From the IMG/VR virus record IMGVR_UViG_3300024346_000007: a stretch of 64,000 nucleotides of DNA; one strand, written 5' to 3'. The DNA comes from a virus. Under the pieces are notes generated by a model, which saw only the letters and a list, made by a program, of their open reading frames with translations, did no database searches and had not been told where the DNA came from. The number at the start of each line of letters is the position of its first letter. Positions within the stretch are counted from its first letter, which is position 1. Positions 40,437-51,600 of the stretch are shown here, one piece after another. Made by a program: the position numbers and the translations under genes.

Positions 40437-40700
40437 TTATTTAATGTTTTTAGAAGAACTCCTATTAGCTGAGGTCTTAGCTGTTGGTTTAGCTGGTTCT
40501 TTAGCTTTTGCCTTTTTAGCAACCTTTTTTACCTTAGGCTCCACTACTTCTACAGGAGCGGCGGGGTTTTCTAGATCTGAGTTGAAGTTTGGATTAACTA
40601 AAGGTTCTGGTACTTCCTCTACTGCTTTCTTAGAACTGTTAGAAATAATAGCCATTGCTACGATTAAGGCGGCGACTAATACGATAATTACTAAATTCAT
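40437..40700 (-). CDS. Membrane-anchored Lys/Ala/Pro-rich small protein
   Basis: N-terminal TM helix and basic tail; ATATTTAT motif upstream. Confidence 0.55.
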   Translation of the reverse strand: MNLVIIVLVAALIVAMAIISNSSKKAVEEVPEPLVNPNFNSDLENPAAPVEVVEPKVKKVAKKAKAKEPAKPTAKTSANRSSSKNIK

Positions 40701-40767
40701 AAATAATTTTTTTGTTCTATAATAAATATATACAAATATACAATTTTATATTAATAATATATATTTT

Positions 40768-41097
40768 TTATGGGGTTATTAAAGTCAGGTTTAGTAAACC
40801 AGTTACAACTATAAAAGCTGCGTCATTTATATCACTACCCATATTTCCCCAATTTTCATAGTCGGTACCGGCTACCTCTAAGGTATCTTTCAATAATATC
40901 TCTGTAATTGTATTGGTCACTGTTGCAGTTTGTTCATCAGGCAGTGATACCTCTTCTTGAACCTCTGTAACAGATATTAAATAATACTTGAATATGGCCT
41001 TATCCCTTAAGTTATCATACGATATATTCATATCAAAATAGTTAGCAATCCTATTCTGTCCTTTTACGGGGAATGTATACGGTTGTATTTGTCTCAT
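40768..41097 (-). CDS. Hypothetical fibre-associated protein
   Basis: 109 aa ending DYENWG...LNLTL; promoter motif upstream. Confidence 0.5.
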   Translation of the reverse strand: MRQIQPYTFPVKGQNRIANYFDMNISYDNLRDKAIFKYYLISVTEVQEEVSLPDEQTATVTNTITEILLKDTLEVAGTDYENWGNMGSDINDAAFIVVTGLLNLTLITP

Positions 41098-41120
41098 GTT
41101 TTGTCTTTATATATAAATAC

Positions 41121-41837
41121 TTAGGCTATCGTAAATTCTTCATAAGCCTTATTCCATTCGTTATCTGATTCTTTGGGCTCCCATCCAGATATCCAAGGGC
41201 CTCCTAAAGTATAATGAAGTATCCCAGCATCTTTTTTTAGGGATTCTTCGTTAACATCTACTAAATGATTCCATTTATTATCCAATTCTCCAATCTCCTC
41301 ATCTTTCAGCCACTTAAAAGCATGTAAATCTCTTCCTGGCCAAGTGTTTATATTCTCTACTGTTAGACTCTGGTGTGCTGGGTGATCACAGTTTATCAAC
41401 ATAACAGAAGACCAGTTCTTTCTATTATAATACACAGATGCTTGGTCTACCATTTTTACTTCTGATTGACCTACTTTTTGTTGATGCTTGACTACCATTG
41501 CAGCGTATTGCGGATCAGCCTGTTCAAATAGCTCATTTATATCTTTTAAAGCAACTATATCACAATCTAAGAATAATGCCCACCCTTTAGTTAGAAAGGG
41601 AATAGCAAATCTAGATATAGAAAACTCTGTGGTCTGTGGGGCTTGAGATATGGGACAGTACATTTGACTGCCTCTCCATTCTATAGGTCTATCTAATACA
41701 TCTTTTATCTCAGCTAGCTTTAAAGAGTGTATTTCTATTTTATTAGGATCAGCTAATCTACTATTAATTGAATGTTCAGCTACATCATAAGCTAATACTT
41801 CTCTTGGGTCCCAACCTATATATACTTTATTCTTCAT
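41121..41837 (-). CDS. GT-A glycosyltransferase, GT8-like
   Basis: VYIGWDPRE, TEFSISRF, LFLDCD, RKNWSSVML, WNHLV, LHYTLGGPW. Confidence 0.85.
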   Translation of the reverse strand: MKNKVYIGWDPREVLAYDVAEHSINSRLADPNKIEIHSLKLAEIKDVLDRPIEWRGSQMYCPISQAPQTTEFSISRFAIPFLTKGWALFLDCDIVALKDINELFEQADPQYAAMVVKHQQKVGQSEVKMVDQASVYYNRKNWSSVMLINCDHPAHQSLTVENINTWPGRDLHAFKWLKDEEIGELDNKWNHLVDVNEESLKKDAGILHYTLGGPWISGWEPKESDNEWNKAYEEFTIA

Positions 41838-43158
41838 TTTCTTTCATTGTTTTAGGACCTACTACCACATGCAGTTCTGGTCCTGTCATGTATATTTTTC
41901 CTACTGTGAAATAGTGTTGTAGTACTGTGTTCCACCAATCCATACCTTGTTGTATTAGATGAGTATTTCTACCATCAGCATATGTTTTTGAAGCTGGTCC
42001 TGTATGAATGACGAGATACCCAACTTGTTTGATGCACCGCCTCAAATCTCCTAATACATCTGGTAGTAGTTCCGGTTCTATATGTTCTAGCACATCTGTG
42101 CATATTACTATATCTGCTGGACGTGCCGACTCCTCTTTGCCGATTACTCCTGGGTCGTACTCCCATATAGGAAAAGGTAATGCTTTTCCCAAGTACCCTT
42201 TACCACATCCATAATCTAAAACTAATTTAGTGTTCAACGCCTCAGTTAACTTAATTACTAAATCAGCATATTTGCCACCACCTATACCATATACAGCATT
42301 GTCTTTATGTAATTGTTTATTTAAGTCTGCGTATTCTGGAGTTATTACTTGTGGCTTTTGGAAACCTATCACATTTTTATACTTCTCTTTCTTTTCTTCC
42401 GGAGTATGGTTCTTATACATTTCTTGTGTTAGCCCTTCTCCATATAGCGTAGCTTTAACTGCAGGTAATTGATCTAGCTCGTGCAGCACTTGTTTAGATG
42501 CTTCTAGCATTCCTGGGGTTGTTATGAATGTTTTATTGTTACACTCTACTTCACAATGTTTTTGATTACCATTTGGATGAGCACCAGCATGTCTATTATC
42601 ATTTTCTATACTCCCGTCTAGTCCAAATATATGTAGGTTTCTATATCCTAAAAAAGCTGCATTTGTTATGCATCTTAACCCAACATCGCATCCTCCTGTT
42701 ACTGCCCATTCTCCTGGGGGCATCATAGCTATCCCTTCTTCTGTCGAATCAAATACATGCCAGAGCTTTACATTATACCCTTCTAAATGTTCAAAGTATT
42801 TTGGATGACATGCGCTTGCTATTAGATATTGTACATCTTTATGCGGCTGTCCTAGTAATTCTATTTTGTGTGATCTTGGATCTACCTCTACGTGATAGTT
42901 AGGAATTATGCCTCTTTCTATTAAGAATTTGTGCGCCCCAGAACAGGACATCACAACTTTAAACTTTTTAATCTCTTCCCATGTGTGATTTAAAGAGGGG
43001 CCAAAACCTACAATTGCAATAGGCTCTTCTATTCTTTCTTCATTAAACTCTACCCTATCTTTTACTTTAGATATAGCATATCTTATTTGTTCATCCCTTT
43101 TCCATATAGGGATAACATATTTTACATCTTGCTTTTCGTTAATATCAAGCTTTTTCAT
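41827..43158 (-). CDS. Maf/DUF115 (MptE-like) domain fused to a SAM-dependent methyltransferase
   Basis: N-terminal IAIVGFGPSL...GIIPNY.V..DP...GG..VG...LGYRNLHIFGLD; C-terminal VLDYGCGKG, CTDVLEHIEP. Confidence 0.75.
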   Translation of the reverse strand: MKKLDINEKQDVKYVIPIWKRDEQIRYAISKVKDRVEFNEERIEEPIAIVGFGPSLNHTWEEIKKFKVVMSCSGAHKFLIERGIIPNYHVEVDPRSHKIELLGQPHKDVQYLIASACHPKYFEHLEGYNVKLWHVFDSTEEGIAMMPPGEWAVTGGCDVGLRCITNAAFLGYRNLHIFGLDGSIENDNRHAGAHPNGNQKHCEVECNNKTFITTPGMLEASKQVLHELDQLPAVKATLYGEGLTQEMYKNHTPEEKKEKYKNVIGFQKPQVITPEYADLNKQLHKDNAVYGIGGGKYADLVIKLTEALNTKLVLDYGCGKGYLGKALPFPIWEYDPGVIGKEESARPADIVICTDVLEHIEPELLPDVLGDLRRCIKQVGYLVIHTGPASKTYADGRNTHLIQQGMDWWNTVLQHYFTVGKIYMTGPELHVVVGPKTMKENEE

Positions 43159-43174
43159 AACAATTTTATATACG

Positions 43175-43206
43175 CAAAGATATTATCTTTAGTTGATTCT
43201 AGCAAC
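43175..43206 (-). promoter_or_regulatory. Bacteroidota-type promoter for the Maf-MTase/GT8 pair
   Basis: Minus strand GTTG-N20-TATCTTTG(CG), 16 nt upstream of ATG 43158. Confidence 0.55.
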
Positions 43207-44520
43207 TCTAAAAAAAGAACCTCTAGCAATAACTAAAGTATTAGCAGCAGCTGATGATCTAGCTACAGGGTATATAGCTCCTGTATTTTGTGCATCTATT
43301 ATTCCATTAACCCTTATAAAGTGAAGACCTGTGGCACCGACAATAGATGACCATACTGCTACGTTTGAATCGCCTGTATCGAAATCACCTACTACCAGTG
43401 TAGAGAATGTTGAAGCACCTGTTTGATTGACAGATAAAGACCCGATCCACTGCCCTGCTACCCTGTTTGCTGTAGGCCATACCAGTCCAAAAGAATTACC
43501 AGTAGCGGCAGATACGGAATACATTAGTTGTGCTTCAAATGTATATATAACACCAGCACTAACAGAAGTAGTTAAACCCGATATTCCTGCTAAAGTAGCT
43601 GTATTAAGAGTGTTTGCTGTACTGACATAAACAGTTGGATTTACTGAGTTGGCCCCCCCTGGTATTGCACTTATCCTATTAGATAAGGCATTAATAGCAT
43701 TTTGCAATCCTACTTGAGGTGCGCCTCCAGGAGCTAATGCCGAAACAGTTGCAACAGTAGTACTTACTGCAGAGATTGCGTTTGATAGTAAGTTTATAGT
43801 AGGACTTGATATACTTTCACTTACGATTAAAGATCCTGAAAAAATACCACTTCCATTAACATCTAACGTAGCGTTTAAAGATCCAGATTTCATTATACCC
43901 ATTCTGCTTCCAGATATCTTTACATCTGGAGACCCTGAAGCATTTGAAAACAGATAAAGAGATTGGGAGGCTACTCCTGGTTGATAATATGCTGTATTAT
44001 TCCCTATATATAAATCCCCGCCTGTATTATACAAATATGCGTCTTTTGATGTTCCATAGCTGAACCCCTTAATGGTACTACTGCCATTAATACCCATATC
44101 TATAAAGTTACTAGCTTCGGTTCCTATATCCGAATAGGCTACGATATCCGTGGAAGCAGATATTCCGCTATTTAAATTCTGTACATATAATTCTACGTAC
44201 CCATTTTTATTTCCTATAAACCCGCCTGCGCTATTTACATCTGTTATATTATCTATATCAACAGTAAGACTTCCAGATATAACAACGTTCTGTGTTTTAT
44301 CTATATATAATACGTCCTTACTGCCAGAAGATATTACGAATATTTGATTAGCAGCGCCTACATCAGATATTTCCATTAGTCCTCCGGTACTTCCAGATAC
44401 TACTAATATAGCAGATCCGCTTCCTTTAACGTGAAGCACGTTAGAAGATCCAGACATTGCTGTGCTTCCGGTAACCTCTAATCTTCCTAAACTGCCTGTA
44501 TCTGTGTAAAATATTGCCAT
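43189..44520 (-). CDS. Ser/Gly-rich fibre-like virion protein
   Basis: N-terminus resembles that of the 2384-aa fibre; contains one DMGIN module shared with the 1467-aa fibre. Confidence 0.6.
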   Translation of the reverse strand: MAIFYTDTGSLGRLEVTGSTAMSGSSNVLHVKGSGSAILVVSGSTGGLMEISDVGAANQIFVISSGSKDVLYIDKTQNVVISGSLTVDIDNITDVNSAGGFIGNKNGYVELYVQNLNSGISASTDIVAYSDIGTEASNFIDMGINGSSTIKGFSYGTSKDAYLYNTGGDLYIGNNTAYYQPGVASQSLYLFSNASGSPDVKISGSRMGIMKSGSLNATLDVNGSGIFSGSLIVSESISSPTINLLSNAISAVSTTVATVSALAPGGAPQVGLQNAINALSNRISAIPGGANSVNPTVYVSTANTLNTATLAGISGLTTSVSAGVIYTFEAQLMYSVSAATGNSFGLVWPTANRVAGQWIGSLSVNQTGASTFSTLVVGDFDTGDSNVAVWSSIVGATGLHFIRVNGIIDAQNTGAIYPVARSSAAANTLVIARGSFFRVARIN

Positions 44521-44540
44521 ATACTATAAATATCTTATTT

Positions 44541-44741
44541 TTAATTACTAGGCGGTGCCACGTATGGATAAGGCAATGGCCACCCTTCTGGGGTTACATA
44601 GGGGCTGTCTTCGCTTACTATAGGCATTGTCATTATAGACGTACTTGGTGCATATGACATAGTATACAACAAGTACAATATTATCATTGCTACAAATATA
44701 CGAATAACACTTTTACTATTAATTGTTATTGTGTGTTTCAT
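44541..44741 (-). CDS. Small membrane protein with Pro-rich tail
   Basis: One TM helix; fills the gap between neighbours. Confidence 0.4.
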   Translation of the reverse strand: MKHTITINSKSVIRIFVAMIILYLLYTMSYAPSTSIMTMPIVSEDSPYVTPEGWPLPYPYVAPPSN

Positions 44742-44750
44742 TATTTTATA

Positions 44751-45665
44751 TTAGAAAGTTCCATAATAAGAATTTATTATACCTGTCAACGCCGCTCTAT
44801 AGTCATATGTAGTAGTACTCTGAGGATAATGGATTACCTCTTGTATGTTTCCACTCCAAGGAAACGATGGAGGGCCACTACCTCCAAAAAATCCTAAGAA
44901 GACTGTGCCTAAATCCCCTGTTCCAGAAATTGCAGTTCCTGCAACAGCTGTGGCTCCGTTTGTTGCATTATTCACATAAACTTCTACGTTAGCAGATGTT
45001 CTTTGCGCGTAAGCAATGAACTGAGAGGTTCCTGGATTTGTTGGTCCCAAGTCTGTGCCAGTGCCTCCCACTGTGTTAAATCCTATAGATTCTATATTTG
45101 TAGAGTTTCTTCTAATATTCTGGCTTACGTTAAGTCCTGTGTAGGTCGTTCTTACCATTAGTCTTGTAGTAGTATCTGCTACTTGTCCAACAGCATAAGT
45201 TGACCAGAGTCCACTAGCGTCAGTTATTTTTGATGTTAATGTAAATAGACCGGCTAAACCATTATAAAAAACTGCTGGTCTACCATTCAAAACTCTTAAA
45301 CTTCCAGAAGATACTATGTAAGGTTCTTGGATTGTTGTGCCCCCAGGAACTTCAGCATTGTCTGTATTATCTACTTGATTATACCATATGTTTACATAGC
45401 CGGTACCGCTTCCAACAAAAGTTAATAATGATCCAGTATCAATCAATCCATCTGCTTGGAATCCTATGTCTTGAGTGGTGTTATCGCTATCTCTTCTCAC
45501 TCTCATACAGAAAGTAGCAGATTCTGAAAGCTTCCTTACGCTAAACGCAGCTGAGGATCCTGTATATATGTCTAATGGAGCCGGTATTGTATACGATACT
45601 CTTATAATGGATCTAAACACTCCATCGCGCACTCTAAAAAAACTATTATTAAATCTTAGTGCCAT
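44751..45665 (-). CDS. Concanavalin/LamG-type (arabinofuranosidase-B-like) beta-sandwich virion protein
   Basis: AAFSVRKL...MRVRRDSDN..QDIGF...GYV.IWYNQ...G.IQEVI.Y. Confidence 0.6.
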   Translation of the reverse strand: MALRFNNSFFRVRDGVFRSIIRVSYTIPAPLDIYTGSSAAFSVRKLSESATFCMRVRRDSDNTTQDIGFQADGLIDTGSLLTFVGSGTGYVNIWYNQVDNTDNAEVPGGTTIQEPYIVSSGSLRVLNGRPAVFYNGLAGLFTLTSKITDASGLWSTYAVGQVADTTTRLMVRTTYTGLNVSQNIRRNSTNIESIGFNTVGGTGTDLGPTNPGTSQFIAYAQRTSANVEVYVNNATNGATAVAGTAISGTGDLGTVFLGFFGGSGPPSFPWSGNIQEVIHYPQSTTTYDYRAALTGIINSYYGTF

Positions 45666-45667
45666 AA

Positions 45668-48600
45668 TTAGGCTGTTTCTCCATGTTTAACTGCCACCCA
45701 ACTAGTACTTCCTGCTAATGCTGTATTACTATTTGCATTTATCACGAAAGATCCTGCTATTTTACTTTCTAAAGTCCATGATCTAGCATCCTCTCCTGTT
45801 ATAGCCACTGAGTAGTTTGCATCTGTAAACGCTGCTGCGAAAGTAACTGTGGCTTTCTTAGGGTTACCAGTGAAAGAACTGTTAGCTACCGATCCTGCTT
45901 TTGTGGCTAGTCCTCCACCAGACCCACCAGTTGCACTGATAGATGCTGTTGTATTGGTTACAGTAGCTGTTATATTGGTAGCAAACTCTAGATAGGTAAT
46001 ACCTGTGCCTTGTATAACACCGCCGTCAGCTACTGTCAAAGATATAGTAGAACCTGAAGATCCTGATGATCCAGTAGATCCTGAGGAACCAGATGATCCA
46101 GTAGATCCGGTAGACCCTGAAGATCCTGTTGAACCTGAGCTGCCTGAAGAACCTCTGCTACCTGAACTACCGCTTGATCCGCTAGTTCCTGAAGAACCAT
46201 TTTGACCAGATGATCCAGAGCTGCCTGCACTTCCTGATGTACCTGTTGATCCAGCGCTACCAGAAGTACCAGAAGAGCCGTTCTGTCCTGAGCTACCTGA
46301 TGATCCACTACTTCCTGAAGTTCCTGAAGAACCGTTTTGACCGCTAGAGCCAGATGTTCCGGAGGAACCATTCTGTCCTGAGCTACCTGAAGTTCCAGAA
46401 GACCCGTTCTGGCCACTTGACCCACTAGTACCAGAACTACCGTTTTGACCACTAGAGCCAGATGTTCCGGAGGAACCGTTTTGTCCAGAAGAACCGCTGC
46501 TTCCAGATGTACCGGTAGAACCTGATGAACCTGTTGAACCGGAACTTCCGCTTGATCCTCTACTACCTGAACTACCGCTTGATCCTGATGTACCAGTTGA
46601 TCCTGAGGAGCCTGATGTGCCTGAGGAACCATTCTGTCCTGAAGAGCCTGAAGAACCACTAGAACCAGTAGATCCTGAAGTTCCAGTAAAGCCAGATGTA
46701 CCAGAACTACCATTTTGACCACTAGATCCACTGCTTCCGGATGAGCCACTTGTACCAGTAGAACCAGATGTTCCAGAAGAACCGTTTTGTCCCGATGATC
46801 CACTAGAACCAGAAGTACCCGTAGAACCGGATGTACCAGAAGAACCGTTTTGACCACTAGATCCAGAGCTACCGCTAGTACCTGTACTTCCAGATGTGCC
46901 TGAACTACCATTTTGACCACTGGATCCAGATGATCCTGCACTACCACTAGTTCCTGTACTGCCTGAAGTACCTGAAGATCCATTCTGTCCTGAGCTACCA
47001 GATGATCCACTTGACCCACTAGTACCTGTAGAACCTGAGGTTCCTGAGCTACCGTTTTGTCCAGATGATCCGCTTGATCCTGAAGATCCTGAACTACCAT
47101 TTTGTCCTGAGCTGCCTGAGGAACCAGACGTACCAGAAGAACCTGCTGCACCTGCTGTATTATAAAAGAACTGTCCAGTAGCTGAGTCAACTACTACGAA
47201 TCGAGTTAATCCTGAATTTAAAGCTAAGTCTTTTACAGCTATAGAGCCAGTAATCTTTACACTACCTGTAAACTCATGATTATCTAATAAAGAATCTCCG
47301 AATACATTAGACCCACTAGAGTATAAAACTGATGAGCTTATAGTCTGAACTACTATAGTCTGGGCTGTTAAGGTTCCTCTTACTGTAAAGTTATCTGCAG
47401 AAGATGCTGTAAGAGCGTTTATAGCCCAACTAGCAGTCCCTGATAAAGATCCTGTAATAGATCCTAATACGTTTATGCTGCCTGTTACAACAACAGATCC
47501 TGTTATTATAGCAGACCCTGTTAATAATAATGTATCTACATTTGAAGAAAATAGTGTAGTTCCACTAGCACCAGATACACTTAAGGAACCTGTTATAATT
47601 GTACTACCTGACACACTTACTGCACCATTATTTACAACTAGGATAGCTGAAGCTGTGGCTGCATTATTAGAAGCATCTGCTACTAACACTCTTCCTATAG
47701 CTGGGTTACTTATTGTATTAAAGCCTGTACCAGATGATCCACTAGTGCCACCAGTTCCAGAGGAACCAGATGTGCCTGTTGAACCGCTAGAACCAGAAGT
47801 ACCTGTACTACCTGAAGATCCAGACGTACCTGTAGAGCCGCTAGAGCCTGAGGTACCGGAGCTTCCAGAAGAACCACTGCTTCCAGCTGTGCCAGAGCTT
47901 CCTGACGTGCCTGTAGAGCCGCTAGAGCCTGAGGTACCGCTTGTACCTGATGATCCAGTACTTCCAGAGGTTCCAGTGCTGCCTGAAGTACCTGAGGAAC
48001 CGTTTGCACCGCTAGACCCTGAAGAGCCAGATGATCCAGTAGATCCTGAAGTTCCAGTAGAGCCAGAGCTACCTGATGTTCCGGAACTACCACTAGTTCC
48101 TGTAGAGCCCGATGTACCTGTTGATCCAGATGTACCAGTTGAACCGCTGCTACCTGAGGAACCATTTTGACCAGAGGATCCACTACTTCCAGATGTACCT
48201 GTTGAACCACTAGATCCTGAGGTACCTGTGCTACCTGAAGAACCTGTTGAGCCAGATGAACCAGAAGTACCTGTAGAGCCTGATGTTCCACTAGTTCCTG
48301 TAGAACCACTACTACCAGTTGACCCACTTGATCCAGAAGAGCCTCTGGTTCCTGATGACCCAGAAGAGCCGGAAGTTCCCGATGTTCCTGTAGAACCGGA
48401 AGTACCGCTTGTTCCAGATGTGCCAGATGTAGCTGCTGTATATGAAGTTCCGTTTATTACTAAAGATCCAGATATTGATACTGAACCAGTAAATTCGTGA
48501 GTGTTTTGTACTACCGTACCAAAATGAGTAGATCCAGTTACGAATTCTACAGAAGCAGTAATAGTTTGAACTATTAAAGTTTGAGCTGTTAGGGTTCCCC

Positions 48601-51600
48601 TTACAGTAAAGTTATCTGCTGAAGATGCAGTAAACGCATTTAAAGCCCAACTTGCAGTACCTTGTAAAGATCCTGTAATAGACGGGGATATAATAGAAGA
48701 GGCGCTAACCTGTGCTACATTGTATATGTTATTTCCTCCTAGTCCTAAGTTACCAGACATTTGTCTAGTACCATTTACTAGAAGATACTGAGTGTGGTCG
48801 TCAGCACCTAACCCTAATAGGTTTCCGTGAGTGGCAGAGGCGTTAACTCCAGCAGCTCTAAAACCAATAATAGGTCTAATATCTTGTATCTCTATTATAT
48901 TAGCTGAACCTGATCTTACATAGATAGAGGCTAGAGATACGACACCATCACTAAAATATGTTGGAGGAGTAGGCAATGCTGCACCTTCAGCTTCTACTAA
49001 TGAATTGTACTGTGTTTGTCCTACAACTAAGAAGTATTCTTCATCAACACCATCCCCTACAAGATATAAAGTATGTTTAGTGTAAGCTGATGAGGATAGA
49101 GGAACTAAAACGTCACTTCCAGAATCAAAGGTATTAGAAGTTACAGTTGTGGTTTGAGATCTATTCCACCCTGATCCGCTTCTATAGTATTGTGTAAAGT
49201 TTATAGATCCTGTACCAGCTGGAGTGAAGTTATTTTCTGAGAAGAAGTAGCTACCTTGTGTTACGTCTAATTTAAAAGGAGTAACATTTTCAGATACTAT
49301 AGATCCATCAGCAAATACAGGTCCTAGGGCGTCTCTATTAAACTTAGATAGTTTATTAGACATGTGAGCCCCATCATATGGACTCTGATCAATAAATTCT
49401 ACCCCAGTAGCATTTGTTACTACTCTTCCTAATATAATGTTTTGTGTACTATTAGGAGCAGAACCTGCTGCTGATAATATACCACTCTCATCAAGATAGA
49501 TGTAATTATTTGTATTTGGAGATAGAGTTAATGTGCTATTAACCCAATCTACTCTTTGGTATACATCAGGGTTTATTGAATTTTCTAAGTAGCCAAATCC
49601 AGCTGCAGTGTTAATTGTTAAACTACCAGAAATAGTAATTTGACCCCCTTCCATTACACCCATTGAACTACCCTTAAAGATAAGGGTTGTAGCGTCTGTA
49701 TGAGTACCATCTGCAAATGTTACAGATAATTTTCTTGTGATATCATTTTCACCGTCAGCATCATCTAAGAAGTTCCAATAGAAATCTTCACTTGCATTAT
49801 TAATTTTAGAATGATCTGATACTCCTTGGTATCTACCTCTTGTAGTTGCATTTAATATATTAAAATCATAAGTAGTAGAGTCGTGTATCATTGATCCCAC
49901 TACTCTAAAGTTAGGACCTATTCCTACATTAGGTACTACATATCCATAATCCCAATCTTGAATATCAATAGCAGCTCCTTCTAATTGAGCTCCATTTTCT
50001 AATTTAACTGCTGTTGAATCAGTTGTACCGTCTCCAAGGAACTTAGATGTATATAAACTTAGGCTAGAGCTAGGACCTGTTACAAAGTTACCTATAGTAG
50101 CACTTGCTGAAGGGAATAGGTAGTAGTTTTCTACAGTAGTAGATACAGAACCCCCATTACTAGAGGAAATATAAGTTCCATAAGTAAAAGTACCGTTTAT
50201 ATCAACATATTCTCCATAGAATTGAGTGTCAGTAGTGTTTGCTAAAACAGTTATACCTCTATCACAATCGTAAATTGATATTTTATGTACCTGAGCAAAA
50301 TCACCAATATCATCAACATATATTGCTGAGTATCCTGATCCTGCATTTGCTAAGCTCAAAAATGATACTTCATTATTGATGCCCATCTTAATGATGTGCT
50401 GGGTAGAACTGCTTGGGAATATCTGTGTAGTTTGAATGTTACTACCAACAATACTTACATATGGTCTACCAGTTAAGTCAATTGTATTTTCTGTGTATTG
50501 GCCAGGACCAACTTCAATTACATAGCGATTATTCTCGTTTGACCCACTAATCCAAGCTACAGATGCACTGATTGAGGTGAAATCTCCTCCTTTTTTAGCT
50601 ACAAACAATCTTCTTGGATCTTGTCCTACTTCATATAAAGGCGCATCTGTGGGGATAATGGTTTTTAAGAAGTTATCTGTACCTTGTACTTTACCTGTAG
50701 ATCCTGTATGTTCTATTAATACGTCTGTTGTACAGTTTTCAAAGTTAAGTGCAATTGCATCTATACTTGGTGCTGATCCGGTTTGTGGAGCCCATATACC
50801 ATTTATCCACCTTTGGAAGTTAACACCTGTTAAACGAAGCTGTCCCCCGTTATATACTTTAAATCCAGTACCTCTAGCAGTTCCTGTCGATCTTGTTAGC
50901 AAACATCCATTAACAATGAATGTACAACCAGGAGCGTCTGCTAAAGCAAATATTTGGTTGTTGTCACTTCCTGCTACACCACCATTTGTAGAAGTGACGT
51001 TTCTCAATTGCATCCTACCAATACCTCCGCTTGAACCAGAAGTTACATGGAATCCTACATCAAATGATTTTAATAAGCCTGCGTCTGTGTATCCTCCGTA
51101 TTTAACGTTAGAACATTGTAATATACAGTTTCCACTACTTCCGCTACCAATTACTTTAGCGTTTGTATAGTTAGTTCCAAAGCGAACGTTCTCTACGTAA
51201 GCAATTGCATTTCTTTGAGGGGTTGTAGCAGAAGAGTACACTACCGCAGAAGATCCTGTAAAAGTAGTTCCTTGAATCTGCATGTCTATGACCATAGATT
51301 GGTCACTCATTACAAAGATACTTGAACTAGGGTTAGAGGCAGAAACTACAGTTGATATAGAACTGTCTCCTTTAATTGCTACCCAAGAAGGAACAGTAAT
51401 AGTATCTTCTATGTATATTCCAGGAGCTACACTTACTGTGTAAGTATTGTTCTCAGAAGCATCTGTGATGCTAGATATGGCAGTCTTAATAGCGTTATAC
51501 CTAACTCCTCTACTTCCAGAAAGTCCTACGTTGACTATATTTTTTGTGAAAGTAAGATCATTGATAGTACTATACTCTACTGTACTACTAGCTGTGTTGT

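Noticed and set aside
46046-48430. Repeat tracts as a CRISPR array or non-coding tandem repeat
   Set aside because: 9-nt coding periodicity with synonymous variation, no constant repeat/unique spacer pattern, and in frame within a CDS.
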